The notes beneath the pieces were generated by a model, which saw only the letters and a program-made list of their open reading frames with translations, did no database searches and was not told where the DNA came from. A program made the position numbers and the translations under genes. Positions 9,038 through 20,987 of a stretch of 64,000 nucleotides of DNA are shown here, piece after piece; the stretch's first letter is position 1, and each line of letters starts with the position of its first letter. The DNA lies in NCBI GenBank assembly GCA_027018875.1, contig JALUYA010000002.1, positions 3,386 through 67,385 of the forward strand, written 5' to 3'. This stretch comes from Gammaproteobacteria bacterium (GTDB lineage: Bacteria > Pseudomonadota > Gammaproteobacteria > JAKDMP01).

Positions 9038-11347
9038 TTATTGCATGCGCCGCCGTTTGATGAATAGGCTGAGCGAAACAAGACCGACCAGGCCCGCCAG
9101 GCCCAGGAATCCAAAGCCGCCACCGCCGCCACCGGGCGCGGTGGCTATCTGAATATTCTTAGTGGCGGGCTTCGCCGCCGTTACTCCCAGTGCATTGGTG
9201 CAGGTGAAGCTGACATTGTAACTGCCGGGATTACTATAGCTCACGTTATCTACGAGCTGACCGGTACCCTTGTTGCCGTTACCGAAATTCCAGTTATAGT
9301 CCGGGATGCCGGGCAGATTGATGCCGGGCATGTAGCAGTAGCCGTTGAATGCGAGCTTTTCGTTCACGAAGGCGCTGGAGTTGAGTGGATCGGTGATCAC
9401 CGGGATCGGCTTGGGTCCGTATTGCTGGATCGCCGCGGCGGCGTTGATGACGCCGTAGCCGTAGACCGGATCCCATACCTTGGTGGGTGAGGCCTGTGCC
9501 GCCGGCGGGGTGGCCGTAGTGGTAATGGCCTGGGTAATCATGTTTTGCGGAACGCCCGCGCTCATGAGCAGCGCCCCGACCGCGGCAACCGCCTCGGAGG
9601 TGGCCGAGGTGCCGAAGAAACGGAAGAACTTATAACCGGGGGCCTGGCCCGAGGGGAAGGCGGTAAGCGCCCCGTCGGGGGCAACCACCTGGGGTTCTTC
9701 GGCCGCCGTCATGGGACTGAGCGCGACGTAATTACCCGTCGTCGGGTCGAATTTCCAGCTCAGTAGCTGCGGGCCGGCACTGGAAAAGTATTCGGCCACA
9801 TCGGGGCCGCCCGGGTTGTCGTAGGGGTCGATAGCACCGGTGCCGATTACGCTCGAACCGCTGTCCAGCTTGCCTGCCATCGCCGTGCCCGTGGTCCAGT
9901 AGGCCAGGCTATAGGCGCTTTGCGAGCTGGGGATGGCGGCATAGAGCTTGACGGCCAGGTTGCTTGCGCTTCCCGACATGAGCAGGATCGATGCCTTCAG
10001 GGTCACGGCGCTGCTGCCCGTATTCTGATAGTAGAATCCCATGAAGTCGCAGTTGCTTGCCGTATTGGTTACGAGGTTTCCGCTGGCGTCGGTCAGCACC
10101 AGGGCCAGTACCGGGTTGGTGGCGACACAGCCGCTGCTGGTGTTGGGATCGTAGTTCGGATTGATATTGCTGTCCATGACCAGGGCCACGGTTTGGCCGG
10201 CGGGAAGCGTGAAGCTGTCGTAGGGATCGCTGGCCCCGCCCAGGGATTTGCCGAAATCCTGTGCCGGGTAGCCCAGAACCGTCGTGGGGGCCGGTAGCCA
10301 CTGGCCCTGGTAGAACCCTTGTCCACGGGAGTTTCCGGAGGAACTCAGCAGGATTACGTCCGGGTACTGGGCGTGAACCGCGGAGTAGCCGATACCGATC
10401 GAAAGAGGGTAGAAAAAAGTTGGATAGGTGTAGCCGATATCATCGGCGATGATATCGGCATTGAAGCCCCCCTTTGCGGTCGGGCTGGCCAGTAGCATGT
10501 CGCAGCTGGCGACATCGAAGCCGGTGGAAAGCCCCGGGCAGGCGCCGAGTATGGCCTGGGGTGCGGTCTGGTGTACCACCTGGAGCATCCAGTCGGCCTC
10601 GTCACCGCCGCTGCCATAGATTGGGTTGCCGTTGGCATCCTTTGGAAAATACACGTTCGCGGGCAGAATCCCCGCCTGGGCAAGCACCGGGTAATTGGCC
10701 GCCGCATCGGAGATGATGCCAACGCGCACGCCTTGGCCGGCTACTCCGGCGGGCACGAACTTCTGGGCATTCATGGCGAGAGTCTGGATCGGGGTTTGCC
10801 CGTTGGGACCGATGCCGACGCCTTGGGTCTGGATGCCGCTGAAGTAGCTCTTGGGTAGGCGTGAGGGTGGCATGTACTGCGTCTGGACGTAGTGTGGCAG
10901 GGCGATGTTGCGTACCCAGGAAAGTCCGGCTACCCGGGAGAGTGCGCTTACCGGAACCCATGCCTGGAGCATAGGCAGTGCCGGTTGATAGCCGATGCGG
11001 GCCGCACCGAGCGCCTTGAGTTGGGCCAGGTTGGGCTGCATGGCGGGGGTATGGAACAGGTACACTTGCACCTGGTCGCAATTATTAACCCGGGGGCGTA
11101 GCGGCAGCGGGGGGATATTGAAGTCGCATGCGGCCAGGCCCCGGGTGTGAAGTAGTGATTCCGCTTGGATATTGGGTTTGAGACTGCGTAACGGTAGCGC
11201 CAGCTTTGCCGTGATGGGATTTGCCGGCGCCGCCCTGAGGGCGGCAATTTGAGCGGGGGTGGGCAGGCCGGCGGCGAGAGCGGGCCCGATTGTCAGTGCG
11301 GCAAGGGCCACACCGGCGCCCAGGGAGAGTCGAAACTGGGTAGTCAT
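9038..11347 (-). CDS. secreted S8/S53-like serine peptidase with PKD domain and GlyGly-CTERM anchor
   Basis: AGGAGG RBS before ATG 11347; signal peptide; VGIISD, GDEADWM, FFGTSAT; PKD-like YNWNFGNG..YSNPGSYNV; C-terminus GGGGGGFGFLGLAGLVGLVSLSLFIKRRR. Confidence 0.8.
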   Translation of the reverse strand: MTTQFRLSLGAGVALAALTIGPALAAGLPTPAQIAALRAAPANPITAKLALPLRSLKPNIQAESLLHTRGLAACDFNIPPLPLRPRVNNCDQVQVYLFHTPAMQPNLAQLKALGAARIGYQPALPMLQAWVPVSALSRVAGLSWVRNIALPHYVQTQYMPPSRLPKSYFSGIQTQGVGIGPNGQTPIQTLAMNAQKFVPAGVAGQGVRVGIISDAAANYPVLAQAGILPANVYFPKDANGNPIYGSGGDEADWMLQVVHQTAPQAILGACPGLSTGFDVASCDMLLASPTAKGGFNADIIADDIGYTYPTFFYPLSIGIGYSAVHAQYPDVILLSSSGNSRGQGFYQGQWLPAPTTVLGYPAQDFGKSLGGASDPYDSFTLPAGQTVALVMDSNINPNYDPNTSSGCVATNPVLALVLTDASGNLVTNTASNCDFMGFYYQNTGSSAVTLKASILLMSGSASNLAVKLYAAIPSSQSAYSLAYWTTGTAMAGKLDSGSSVIGTGAIDPYDNPGGPDVAEYFSSAGPQLLSWKFDPTTGNYVALSPMTAAEEPQVVAPDGALTAFPSGQAPGYKFFRFFGTSATSEAVAAVGALLMSAGVPQNMITQAITTTATPPAAQASPTKVWDPVYGYGVINAAAAIQQYGPKPIPVITDPLNSSAFVNEKLAFNGYCYMPGINLPGIPDYNWNFGNGNKGTGQLVDNVSYSNPGSYNVSFTCTNALGVTAAKPATKNIQIATAPGGGGGGFGFLGLAGLVGLVSLSLFIKRRRMQ

Positions 11348-11585
11348 CAAGAGTCCTCCTTCGATATTGCAGGAATAATTCGGATTTTCCACGGTCGCGA
11401 TGCAAGAAGCTGCGGCCGGAAGCCGCAGACATTGAAGCACCTGGATTTCTATTTGTCAATGAAATCGGGGGGTGGCGAGAGTGGATCCGGGTGATCCCTT
11501 GGTGTCGGCGGCCAGCCGGAATGGGAGCGCCAACCTGGACGCGCATGCTTGCGGCGGGTATCATTATGCTGCTGTTTCTAGTTGA

Positions 11586-12759
<1,174 letters not shown>

Positions 12760-12763
<4 letters not shown>

Positions 12764-13575
12764 GCCCCGATTCGGTGGCCGGGCGCCGACTTTCCCGGCG
12801 CCTGTTGCGGGCTACGGGGAGGGCCGTTGCCGACTACGGCATGATCGGCGAGGGCGATCGGGTCATGGTATGCCTGTCGGGGGGCAAGGATTCCTACACC
12901 TTGCTTGATTTGTTGCTGCGGTTGCGGCAAACGGCCCCGGTCGCTTTCACTTTGACCGCCGTCAACCTGGATCAGAAGCAGCCCGGATTTCCGGCCGCTG
13001 TTTTGCCGCGTTATCTTTCCGCCCGGGGGGTGGAATACCGTATCCTGGAGCAGGACACCTACGGTGTGGTTCGGGATAAAGTGCCGCCGGGTAAAACGCC
13101 GTGCGGACTGTGTTCCCGTCTGCGTCGCGGGGCATTGTACCGGTTTGCCGCTGCGGAGGGTTACACCCGAATCGCCCTTGGACACCACCTGGACGATGCC
13201 CTGGAAACGTTTTTTCTCAACCTGTTCCATGGGGGGCGAATCAAGACCATGCCGCCCAAGTTGCTTGCCGATGATCGCGAGAATATCGTGATCCGTCCTT
13301 TATATTATTGCCGGGAACGTGATATCGCCAAATATGCGCTCATGCAGGGGTTTCCGATCATACCCTGTCGGTTGTGCGGCTCCCAGGGTAATTTGAGCCG
13401 CGACAGGGTCAAGTCAATGATCGCGACGTGGGAGCGTGAGAATCCGGCGTGGATTGCCTCGCTGGCGACCGCCTTGGCGCATGTCGAACCGTCGCAATTG
13501 GCCGATCGAACATTATTCGATTTTATCGGGCTCGATGCCCTGATGGCCACCGCTCGCACCCGGCGCCGTGCATAG
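12760..13575 (+). CDS. ttcA: tRNA 2-thiocytidine(32) synthetase
   Basis: SGGKDS PP-loop, [26 protein letters not shown]. Confidence 0.96.
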
Positions 13576-13604
13576 CAGGCCGGGGGCGTGAGGCGCGCCT
13601 TGGA

Positions 13605-13823
13605 TCAGGCGTTGAGGTCCGGGATCAGGGCGCTCTTCATCTGCTCGATCTCGTCGCGCAGGTATAGCTTGCGTTTCTTCAGCCGCCGCAGGGCGAGCTG
13701 GTCGCAATAGGCGCTGGTTTCCAGGAGGGTGATCTCGGCATCGAGGCGGCGGTGCTCTTCCCGGAGGTGCTCCAGCCCGGCGCGTGCCCGGCACCGCTTC
13801 TCGAAAAGATACTCCTCGCTCAC
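13605..13823 (-). CDS. DUF465/YdcH-family small coiled-coil protein
   Basis: [24 protein letters not shown] pattern. Confidence 0.8.
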   Translation of the reverse strand: MSEEYLFEKRCRARAGLEHLREEHRRLDAEITLLETSAYCDQLALRRLKKRKLYLRDEIEQMKSALIPDLNA

Positions 13824-13909
13824 GGGTTACGTCGGAGCCAACGCGGTGGAGAAATTTTACACCGCTTCGCCCGTGCGACAATAAGGGTGGGATCCGCGGG
13901 AAGTCGGGC

Positions 13910-14269
13910 ATGGAGATTTACAAGCATTTTCAGATCGAGGCGGCCCATCGATTGCCGCGGGTACCGCGGGGACACAAGTGCGCCCGGCTGCATGGTCATT
14001 CGTTCCGGATCGAAATTCGCATGGCGGGTGAGGTAGAGCCGGCAGCGGGATGGGTAACCGACTTTGCCGATATTAGCAATGTCTTCAAGCCGATTTTTCA
14101 ACAGTTGGATCATCACTACCTTAACGAAATCGAGGGCTTGGAAAATCCTACCAGCGAGAACCTTGCGCGCTGGATCTGGGATCGGTTGGCACCTCGCCTC
14201 ACGGGCCTTTGCGCGGTCTCCGTTGCCGAAACCTGCACCGCGGGGTGTACCTACCGGGGGGAGGACTGA
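13910..14269 (+). CDS. queD: 6-carboxytetrahydropterin synthase
   Basis: [33 protein letters not shown]; start at ATG 13910. Confidence 0.95.
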   Translation: MEIYKHFQIEAAHRLPRVPRGHKCARLHGHSFRIEIRMAGEVEPAAGWVTDFADISNVFKPIFQQLDHHYLNEIEGLENPTSENLARWIWDRLAPRLTGLCAVSVAETCTAGCTYRGED

Positions 14270-15081
14270 CGGGCAATCCGGGCATAGTCGCGGGCCAGGT
14301 CGCCGCTGGCGATGAAGCTGGGATTGATTAGCGTGTCGCGGGTGTTGTAGCGCAGGGGCTCGCCCGATAGGTCGGTGACGCTCCCGCCTGCGGCTTCCAG
14401 CACTGCCTGGCCGGCGGCGGTATCCCATTCCGAAGTGGGTTTGAGGCGGGGATAGACATCCGCCCCGGCCTCGGCTACAAGGCAGAATTTGAGTGAACTG
14501 CCAATGTAGTGAAATTCATGGGGTCCCAGCGCCCGGGCAAAGTTTTCCAGTTCCCCTCCGGTGTGTGAACGACTCGCCACAACGCGCACCGGTCGTTGGG
14601 TTACCGGGCCGGCGACCCGCAGGCTTCGGCGCGTCTCATCGCGCTGGTACCGGTACGCACCATGCCCGAGCAGACCTACGTAGCTGCATCCATCCACGGG
14701 CACGTTGACGATGCCCAGCACGGGGCGCCCGAATTCAATCAGCGCTACGTTGACGGTAAATTCCCCATTGCGCTTGATGAATTCCTTGGTTCCGTCGAGA
14801 GGGTCCACCAACCAGTATTTATTCCAGCTGTGGCGTTTCGCCGGCGGTGTTTCCCGGGTGTTTTCTTCCGAAAGGATGGGCAGTCCGGGGTGGAGTTCGG
14901 CCAGGCCGCGGGTGAGGATGTGGTGACTGGCCATGTCGGCCGCGGTCAGTGGAGACCGATCGTTCTTGGTGTGGATATCGAAGCTGTTGCGGCTGTAGAT
15001 TTCGAGTATGGACTGAGCCGCCGCGGTCACGAGCTGCAGCAAGGGCTTGATCAGGCGATCCGGAGGGGTGACTTTTTTCAT
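14251..15081 (-). CDS. cysQ: 3'(2'),5'-bisphosphate nucleotidase
   Basis: [36 protein letters not shown]. Confidence 0.95.
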   Translation of the reverse strand: MKKVTPPDRLIKPLLQLVTAAAQSILEIYSRNSFDIHTKNDRSPLTAADMASHHILTRGLAELHPGLPILSEENTRETPPAKRHSWNKYWLVDPLDGTKEFIKRNGEFTVNVALIEFGRPVLGIVNVPVDGCSYVGLLGHGAYRYQRDETRRSLRVAGPVTQRPVRVVASRSHTGGELENFARALGPHEFHYIGSSLKFCLVAEAGADVYPRLKPTSEWDTAAGQAVLEAAGGSVTDLSGEPLRYNTRDTLINPSFIASGDLARDYARIARQSSPR

Positions 15082-15149
15082 CCGCTTATGATAACGGTCC
15101 ACTGGGGCCGTGACCAAGGCCCCAGTCTCGTGCGGTTACACCCAGCACC

Positions 15150-16316
15150 CTAAACGGCGACCTTGCGCCGATAGACCTTACGCAAATAGTCCAGGTATGC
15201 GGGGTCGGGGGAAATCGCCTTGGCGGGGTCATCCGAGAGTTTGGCGACCGCCTGGCCGTTGAGGCGAGTCATCTTGATGACGATATTGAGCGGCGCGGGG
15301 CCCAGGTCATTGGTGAGGTTGGTTCCGATCCCGAAGGCGAGTCGAGCGTGGTGGTGGTAACGCGTAAAAATCTCCAAGGCCCGCGGCACGCTGAGGCTGT
15401 CGCTGTAAACCAGTGTTTTCTCACGTGGATCGATGCCGCAGCAGCGGTAGTGATCGAGCATTCGCTCGGTCCACTCGAACGGATCCCCGGAGTCGTGGCG
15501 CACGCCGGTGTAGGCTCGGGCCAGTGGTGCGCTGAAGTCGGCCAGAAACGGCTCGATTCCATACGTGTCGGACAGCGCGATCCCGAGTAGGCCCGCGTAT
15601 TCATCGAGCCAGGTCTCCAGGGCGAAACGCTGGGCCTCGACCAGCGTGGGCGCAAGCGCCTGGCAGCCCTGGAAGAATTCGTGGGCCATGGTGCCGCTGG
15701 GGGGAATATGCAGACGACGGGCAAGATCCGTATTGCTGGTCCCGAGCAGTTGGGCCGGGGCCAGGCGATACAGTTCGCGTAGTACCTTTTCGTGCCATGA
15801 GCGTGAGAATCGGCGCCGGGTGCCAAATTCTATAACCCGGAAGTCAGGCCCCGCCCGGCGCATCAGTTCGGCCTTGCGCCCGAGCCGGGAAAGCCCTTCG
15901 CCAGGATCGGGGTGGGGATGGAGGGAACGGAAGTAAATCTCATTGACGATGGCCAACAGGGGAACCTCGTAGAGAATTGCGCCGTGCCAGGGGCCGCGGA
16001 TGGTGATTTCGATCTGTTTCGAACCCGGACGAATCGTGACCTGGCGGGGGTCGAAGCGGTATCGCTCGAGGTGCGCGAGAAAGTCCGGTTTGAAATAGGG
16101 CAGGGTCCCCAGCCAGGCGAATTCGGCGGCCTCCAGCCGGAGATCGGCCAGCGCCTCGACCTCGGCATGGATTGCATGCACGTAGGGGCTCAGGTTGACT
16201 CCCGGGGTGCGGCAGCGGAACTGGTACTCGGCCTGCGCCGAGGGAAAATGATGCAGGATGGCCTGCATCATCGTCAGCTTGTACAGGTCGGTGTCGAGCA
16301 GGGAGCGAATAATCAC
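15150..16316 (-). CDS. pncB: nicotinate phosphoribosyltransferase
   Basis: LLDTDLYKLTM, FGTRRRFS, GTMAHE, RHDSGDP, FGIGTNLTND. Confidence 0.96.
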   Translation of the reverse strand: MIIRSLLDTDLYKLTMMQAILHHFPSAQAEYQFRCRTPGVNLSPYVHAIHAEVEALADLRLEAAEFAWLGTLPYFKPDFLAHLERYRFDPRQVTIRPGSKQIEITIRGPWHGAILYEVPLLAIVNEIYFRSLHPHPDPGEGLSRLGRKAELMRRAGPDFRVIEFGTRRRFSRSWHEKVLRELYRLAPAQLLGTSNTDLARRLHIPPSGTMAHEFFQGCQALAPTLVEAQRFALETWLDEYAGLLGIALSDTYGIEPFLADFSAPLARAYTGVRHDSGDPFEWTERMLDHYRCCGIDPREKTLVYSDSLSVPRALEIFTRYHHHARLAFGIGTNLTNDLGPAPLNIVIKMTRLNGQAVAKLSDDPAKAISPDPAYLDYLRKVYRRKVAV

Positions 16317-16981
16317 GCGTTTTCTCCTCGTGGGTGCTGAAGGGCGGAGGCCCGATCGATGAACCGGGCCCCGGCCTGCGCCATGGCCTGCAAGGCTTCG
16401 CGGGTGGTCTGGGGAGCAACACCACGGATTGCGGCGCGATTGACGACCACATCGAATCCGGCTTCACGTAATTCGATGACCGTGTGCTTGACGCAATAAT
16501 CGGTTGCCAGTCCGCCGACGATCACGGTTTCGATATCGCGTGAGTGCAGGTATTCAATCACGCCGGTCGAGAGCGTTCGGGCCAAATCGTGCCAGCAGGC
16601 CCCGTAGGGGTGCATGTCGGGTTCGATGCCTTTCCACACGAAAAAATCGTAGGAGGTAACCGGGGGCAGGCCGGAAATCAGCTCGAAACCCCGGGTACCC
16701 GGAACCGCGTGGGCGGGCCAGCGGACATCGACGTTCTTGCCCGCGACCGGGCTTAAGGGGGGGTGCCGGGGGTCGGCCGTCCAGACGGCGTGGGGAGGGT
16801 GCGCATCCTTGGAACCGAGACGCCGGGAGGCGCAGGCAGCCTGGATATTCAACTCGGGGACGATCGCCAGCGCATCGGGTACCGGTAATTCGGTGGGGCA
16901 CTCCGGGGTAAAAGCGTACTGTGCGTCCACATCGAAGGCGGCCACATGTTCTCGCGGGGGGAGGAAGTTTGATCGGGTCAT
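16313..16981 (-). CDS. pncA: nicotinamidase
   Basis: DVDAQ..F, KDAH, WPAHAV, GLATDYCV; upstream of pncB. Confidence 0.88.
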   Translation of the reverse strand: MTRSNFLPPREHVAAFDVDAQYAFTPECPTELPVPDALAIVPELNIQAACASRRLGSKDAHPPHAVWTADPRHPPLSPVAGKNVDVRWPAHAVPGTRGFELISGLPPVTSYDFFVWKGIEPDMHPYGACWHDLARTLSTGVIEYLHSRDIETVIVGGLATDYCVKHTVIELREAGFDVVVNRAAIRGVAPQTTREALQAMAQAGARFIDRASALQHPRGENA

Positions 16982-17634
16982 GGCGTTTTACGGTCGGGTT
17001 TGAGGCGGTATAGTCGTGCTGGGCGGGAAGCTCCCCTTTGGAGCTGTTCGCCGGTGGCGTCGAGGCAGTCCAGGGCGAGCAGCCGGCGGCGGAAATTGCG
17101 TTTGTCCAGCGCTTGTCCACGGATGGCTTCGTGAACCGCTTGGGCTTCGGCCAGGGTAAAAAATTCGGGTAGCAACTCGAGGGCGATGGGGGTGTATTCG
17201 ATTTTAGCGGCCAGTCGGTGGCGCGCCTTGGTCAGGATCTTCCCATGGTTGAAGGCCAGGGGAGGCAAGTGGGAAAGCGGCTGCCAGAACAGGTCTGCAC
17301 GGAGGCGCGGGTGGAGTGCGGTAAACGGGACGAGACCGAAATAGGCAATGTTAAAAACCCGTCCCCAGCGACCGGGATAATGTGAGGCGAAGGTGTAAAG
17401 TTGCTCGAGATAAACCTGCTCGATACCGGTTTGCTCGGACAGAACGCGCGCGGAACACTCATCGAGCGCCTCTTCGGTCCGAATGTAGTCTCCCGGGAGT
17501 GCCCACCATGCGGCAAACGGTTCCCGCCTGCGCCTGACCGTGAGCGCCACCAGTTCGTTGTCGCGTACCGAGAACAACGCGGTATCCACGGTTAGCGCGG
17601 GGTGGCTGTATTCCTTGGCGGCAACGATGCTCAT
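16978..17634 (-). CDS. nrtR: NrtR-family regulator (degenerate Nudix + winged HTH)
   Basis: WALPG..YLEQLYTF, LAFNH, FTLAEAQ..DKRNFRRRL, RPARLY; heads the pncA-pncB operon. Confidence 0.88.
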   Translation of the reverse strand: MSIVAAKEYSHPALTVDTALFSVRDNELVALTVRRRREPFAAWWALPGDYIRTEEALDECSARVLSEQTGIEQVYLEQLYTFASHYPGRWGRVFNIAYFGLVPFTALHPRLRADLFWQPLSHLPPLAFNHGKILTKARHRLAAKIEYTPIALELLPEFFTLAEAQAVHEAIRGQALDKRNFRRRLLALDCLDATGEQLQRGASRPARLYRLKPDRKTP

Positions 17635-17661
17635 CGGTCTGGAGATAACAACTAAAAAATC

Positions 17662-17682
17662 TTAGTGTCAATATAACACTTA
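17662..17682. promoter_or_regulatory. NrtR operator (GT-N7-AC palindrome)
   Basis: TTAGTGT-CAATATA-ACACTTA, ~27 bp upstream of the nrtR start. Confidence 0.75.
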
Positions 17683-17683
17683 G

Positions 17684-18919
17684 TCAGCGATGGGGTTGTC
17701 GCCGGGATCGCCCTTGCCGGGGCGGTCGAGATTTGCGGTGCCGGGAAGGAGGGGGGAAGGCAATGTCGGCGAGCATCCCGGTGTGTTTATAAACACGCGG
17801 GATCTCATGGCCGATGAAACTTTCGATGGCAGGCAGGGAAAAAGCATAATTCTCGCAGGCAAAGGAGATCGCCTCGCCGCTGGCCCCGGCACGCCCCGTT
17901 CGGCCTATGCGATGGACATAGTCCTCTGCATCCTGAGGCAGATCGTAGTTGAAAACATGACTGACGGCGGGAATGTGTAAACCGCGTGAGGCGACATCGG
18001 TGGTAACCAGTATGGGCGATTCCCGGCCCTCGAAGGCGGCCAGGTAGGCCAGGCGTTTAGGTTGCGGTACGTCCCCGGATAGAACCCGTGCGGGATAGGT
18101 ATTTAACCGCAGCAACTCGCCGAGCCACTCGGCCGTGCGGCGGGTATTGACAAATATCATGGCGCGTTCGGGGTTTAGGTGACGGAAAAGCCCGATCAGC
18201 AACCGGGGTTTTTCGATTATGGCGGGGAAATATAGCTGTTCACTGATCGAAGCTGCGGTGATTTGTCCGGGGTCTATACGGATCAATTCCGGCATGTTCA
18301 TGTGCTCATGTGCCAGTTCCATGACCCGGTAGGAAAGGGTAGCCGAATAGAGCATGGTCAGGCGCTCGCCCGGCGGAGGCAAGCGCCTTAAGAGGTAGCG
18401 GATATCACGAATGAAACCGAGGTCGAACATGCGGTCGGCCTCATCCAGCACCGCGACTTCAATGGCCTGCAGATTGTAGAGATGTTGCTTGTGGAAATCG
18501 ATCAGCCGTCCCGGGGTTCCGATCAGGATGTCGGCTCCCGCCGCTATTTTCTCTTTTTGCCGTTCGTAGCCGGTGCCGCCGTACACGACCACAATGCGCA
18601 GACCCGTCTGGCGGCCGAGACTTTCGGCATCCCGATGAATCTGGACCGCCAGCTCGCGGGTCGGGGCGATGATCAATGCCCGGGGTCGATCCCGGCGCCG
18701 GTGTCTGGATGGTGGACTGGTGAGTAGGCGCTGGAACAAGGCCAGTAGGAATGCGGCGGTTTTGCCGGTTCCGGTTTGGGCTTGCCCGGCGACGTCCCGT
18801 CCGGCAAGGGTAAGCGGTAGCGTGCGTTGCTGGATAGCGGTGAGGCGTTCAAAACCGGCCTCGGTAATCCCGGCGATGAGTGTAGGCTGCAAGTCGAGTT
18901 CAGAAAAATATTGCGGCAA
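17684..18919 (-). CDS. rhlB: DEAD-box RNA helicase RhlB
   Basis: AQTGTGKT, PTRELA, DEADRMFDLGF, HRIGRTGRAG; divergent from trxA-rho. Confidence 0.93.
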   Translation of the reverse strand: MPQYFSELDLQPTLIAGITEAGFERLTAIQQRTLPLTLAGRDVAGQAQTGTGKTAAFLLALFQRLLTSPPSRHRRRDRPRALIIAPTRELAVQIHRDAESLGRQTGLRIVVVYGGTGYERQKEKIAAGADILIGTPGRLIDFHKQHLYNLQAIEVAVLDEADRMFDLGFIRDIRYLLRRLPPPGERLTMLYSATLSYRVMELAHEHMNMPELIRIDPGQITAASISEQLYFPAIIEKPRLLIGLFRHLNPERAMIFVNTRRTAEWLGELLRLNTYPARVLSGDVPQPKRLAYLAAFEGRESPILVTTDVASRGLHIPAVSHVFNYDLPQDAEDYVHRIGRTGRAGASGEAISFACENYAFSLPAIESFIGHEIPRVYKHTGMLADIAFPPPSRHRKSRPPRQGRSRRQPHR

Positions 18920-19248
18920 GTGCGTGGGCTCCTCAAGAGTGAGTTCGGTGTCTGGATTTATGGGACTTGCATTTTGAAGGCGAATCGGACCAGAATAACG
19001 GCCTAAGAGAATTCGGCCTGAGTCGAAATTGCCTTTTAAGGCTGTATCCGCAAGGAAACCCGGTCAAACCATCAGCTTTATTGTGCCTTAAGTGGCTTGC
19101 GCTCGTCCCGATTCGATCGTTTCTGCTTTTTCTAGGCGATTTGAACAAGACCCAATATCCGTTGGGCTTGGCAATCGGCGTGAGGGGAAATGAACTTTAC
19201 GCGGAGCAGATTAGCCCTGAATCAAACCATTAATACGGAGGAACCGAC

Positions 19249-19575
19249 GTGAGTGAAAACGTTACCCATACCTCGGATGCCGACTTTGAGGCCGATGTGC
19301 TTAGATCCGAGGTTCCGGTGTTGGTCGATTACTGGGCCGAATGGTGTGGACCCTGCAAGATGATCGCCCCCGCCCTCGAGGAACTGGCCAACCAGTACGG
19401 TGGTCGGCTCAAGGTCATGAAATTGAATATTGATGAAAATGCCGCGACCCCGCGCAAGTACAATATCCGCGGTATTCCGACTTTGATGTTGTTCAAGAAT
19501 GGTGATCTGGTGGCGCAAAAGGTGGGGGCTTTGCCCAAATCGCAACTTGCGGCCTTTCTGGAAGCCAACCTTTGA
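19249..19575 (+). CDS. trxA: thioredoxin
   Basis: WCGPC, RGIPTL; GGAGG RBS. Confidence 0.97.
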   Translation: MSENVTHTSDADFEADVLRSEVPVLVDYWAEWCGPCKMIAPALEELANQYGGRLKVMKLNIDENAATPRKYNIRGIPTLMLFKNGDLVAQKVGALPKSQLAAFLEANL

Positions 19576-20972
19576 GCGGGCATGCCTATCGGCGGCGCAA
19601 CTCGCGCCAGCGTAAACCACGTGATAGCGAGCGCGCCGACGTTAATCTCGCGCTTGAGATGGAAAACGTGGATGAAACCGAATTTGAAGAAAACGATTCG
19701 GCCAATGGACCAATTCTGAACCTGGCCGAACTCAAGCGCAAAAGTGTCGTCGAATTATCCGATGTCGCCGAAGCGGTCGGCCTGGAAGGCGCGGCACGGA
19801 TGCGCAAGCAGGAGATGATCTTCGCCATTATCAAGGCCCATGCGCGCAACGGGGAGCGCATCCGTGGCGAAGGGGTGCTGGAAATCCTCTCTGACGGATA
19901 TGGTTTTTTGCGCTCGGCCGACAATTCTTTCCAGGCGGGCCCGGCCGATGTGTACGTCAGTCCGAACCAGATTCGACGATTTAATTTACGTTCCGGTGAC
20001 ACGGTAACCGGACGCATTCGTCCGCCCAAGGATAACGAGCGCTACTTCGCGTTGATTAAGGTCGATACCATCAACGCAGATGATCCCGCCGCAGCCCGAA
20101 CCAAGATTCTGTTTGAAAACCTGATACCACTGTTCCCCAAGAAATGGCTGAAAATGGAGTTGGGGAACGGCTCCACCGAAGATCTCACCGCCCGGATCAT
20201 CGATCTGGTGGCGCCTTTGGGTAGAGGGCAGCGCGGGTTGATCGTCTCGCCGCCGAAAGCCGGCAAAACGATGATGTTGCAGAATATCGCCCATTCGATT
20301 GCCCATAATCATCCCGATTGCGTATTGTTGGTGCTATTGATCGATGAGCGCCCCGAAGAGGTCACCGAAATGTCCCGGTCGGTCAATGGAGAGGTGCTTT
20401 CGTCAACCTTCGATGAGCCGGCAACCCGCCACGTCCAGGTGGCGGAAATGGTGATCGAGAAGGCCAAGCGGCTCGTCGAGCACAAGCGGGATGTCGTGAT
20501 CCTGCTCGATTCGATCACCCGCCTGGCGCGGGCCTACAATACCGTTGTGCCCTCTTCCGGTAAGGTGTTGACCGGGGGGGTGGATGCAAATGCGCTACAA
20601 CGGCCGAAGCGTTTCTTCGGGGCGGCGCGCAATATCGAGGAAGGGGGATCGCTCACCATCATTGCCACCGCACTGGTTGAAACCGGTTCGCGCATGGACG
20701 AGGTGATCTATGAGGAGTTTAAGGGAACCGGTAATTCCGAAATTCACCTGGACCGGCGGATTGCAGAAAAGCGGATCTTTCCGGCCATCAACATCAATCG
20801 GTCGGGAACCCGCCGCGAAGAGCTCCTGGTAGGGGAAGAGGAGCTGCAGAAAATGTGGATTTTGCGCAAGCTGTTGCATCCGATGGATGAATTGGCGGCC
20901 AGCGAGTTTTTGATCGACAAGCTCAGGGGCACCAAAACCAATGTCGAGTTCTTCAATTCGATGAAACGCTGA
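19572..20972 (+). CDS. rho: transcription termination factor Rho (start uncertain)
   Basis: [35 protein letters not shown]. Confidence 0.97.
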   Translation: MSGHAYRRRNSRQRKPRDSERADVNLALEMENVDETEFEENDSANGPILNLAELKRKSVVELSDVAEAVGLEGAARMRKQEMIFAIIKAHARNGERIRGEGVLEILSDGYGFLRSADNSFQAGPADVYVSPNQIRRFNLRSGDTVTGRIRPPKDNERYFALIKVDTINADDPAAARTKILFENLIPLFPKKWLKMELGNGSTEDLTARIIDLVAPLGRGQRGLIVSPPKAGKTMMLQNIAHSIAHNHPDCVLLVLLIDERPEEVTEMSRSVNGEVLSSTFDEPATRHVQVAEMVIEKAKRLVEHKRDVVILLDSITRLARAYNTVVPSSGKVLTGGVDANALQRPKRFFGAARNIEEGGSLTIIATALVETGSRMDEVIYEEFKGTGNSEIHLDRRIAEKRIFPAININRSGTRREELLVGEEELQKMWILRKLLHPMDELAASEFLIDKLRGTKTNVEFFNSMKR

Positions 20973-20987
20973 GCCGGCGAATGAATA

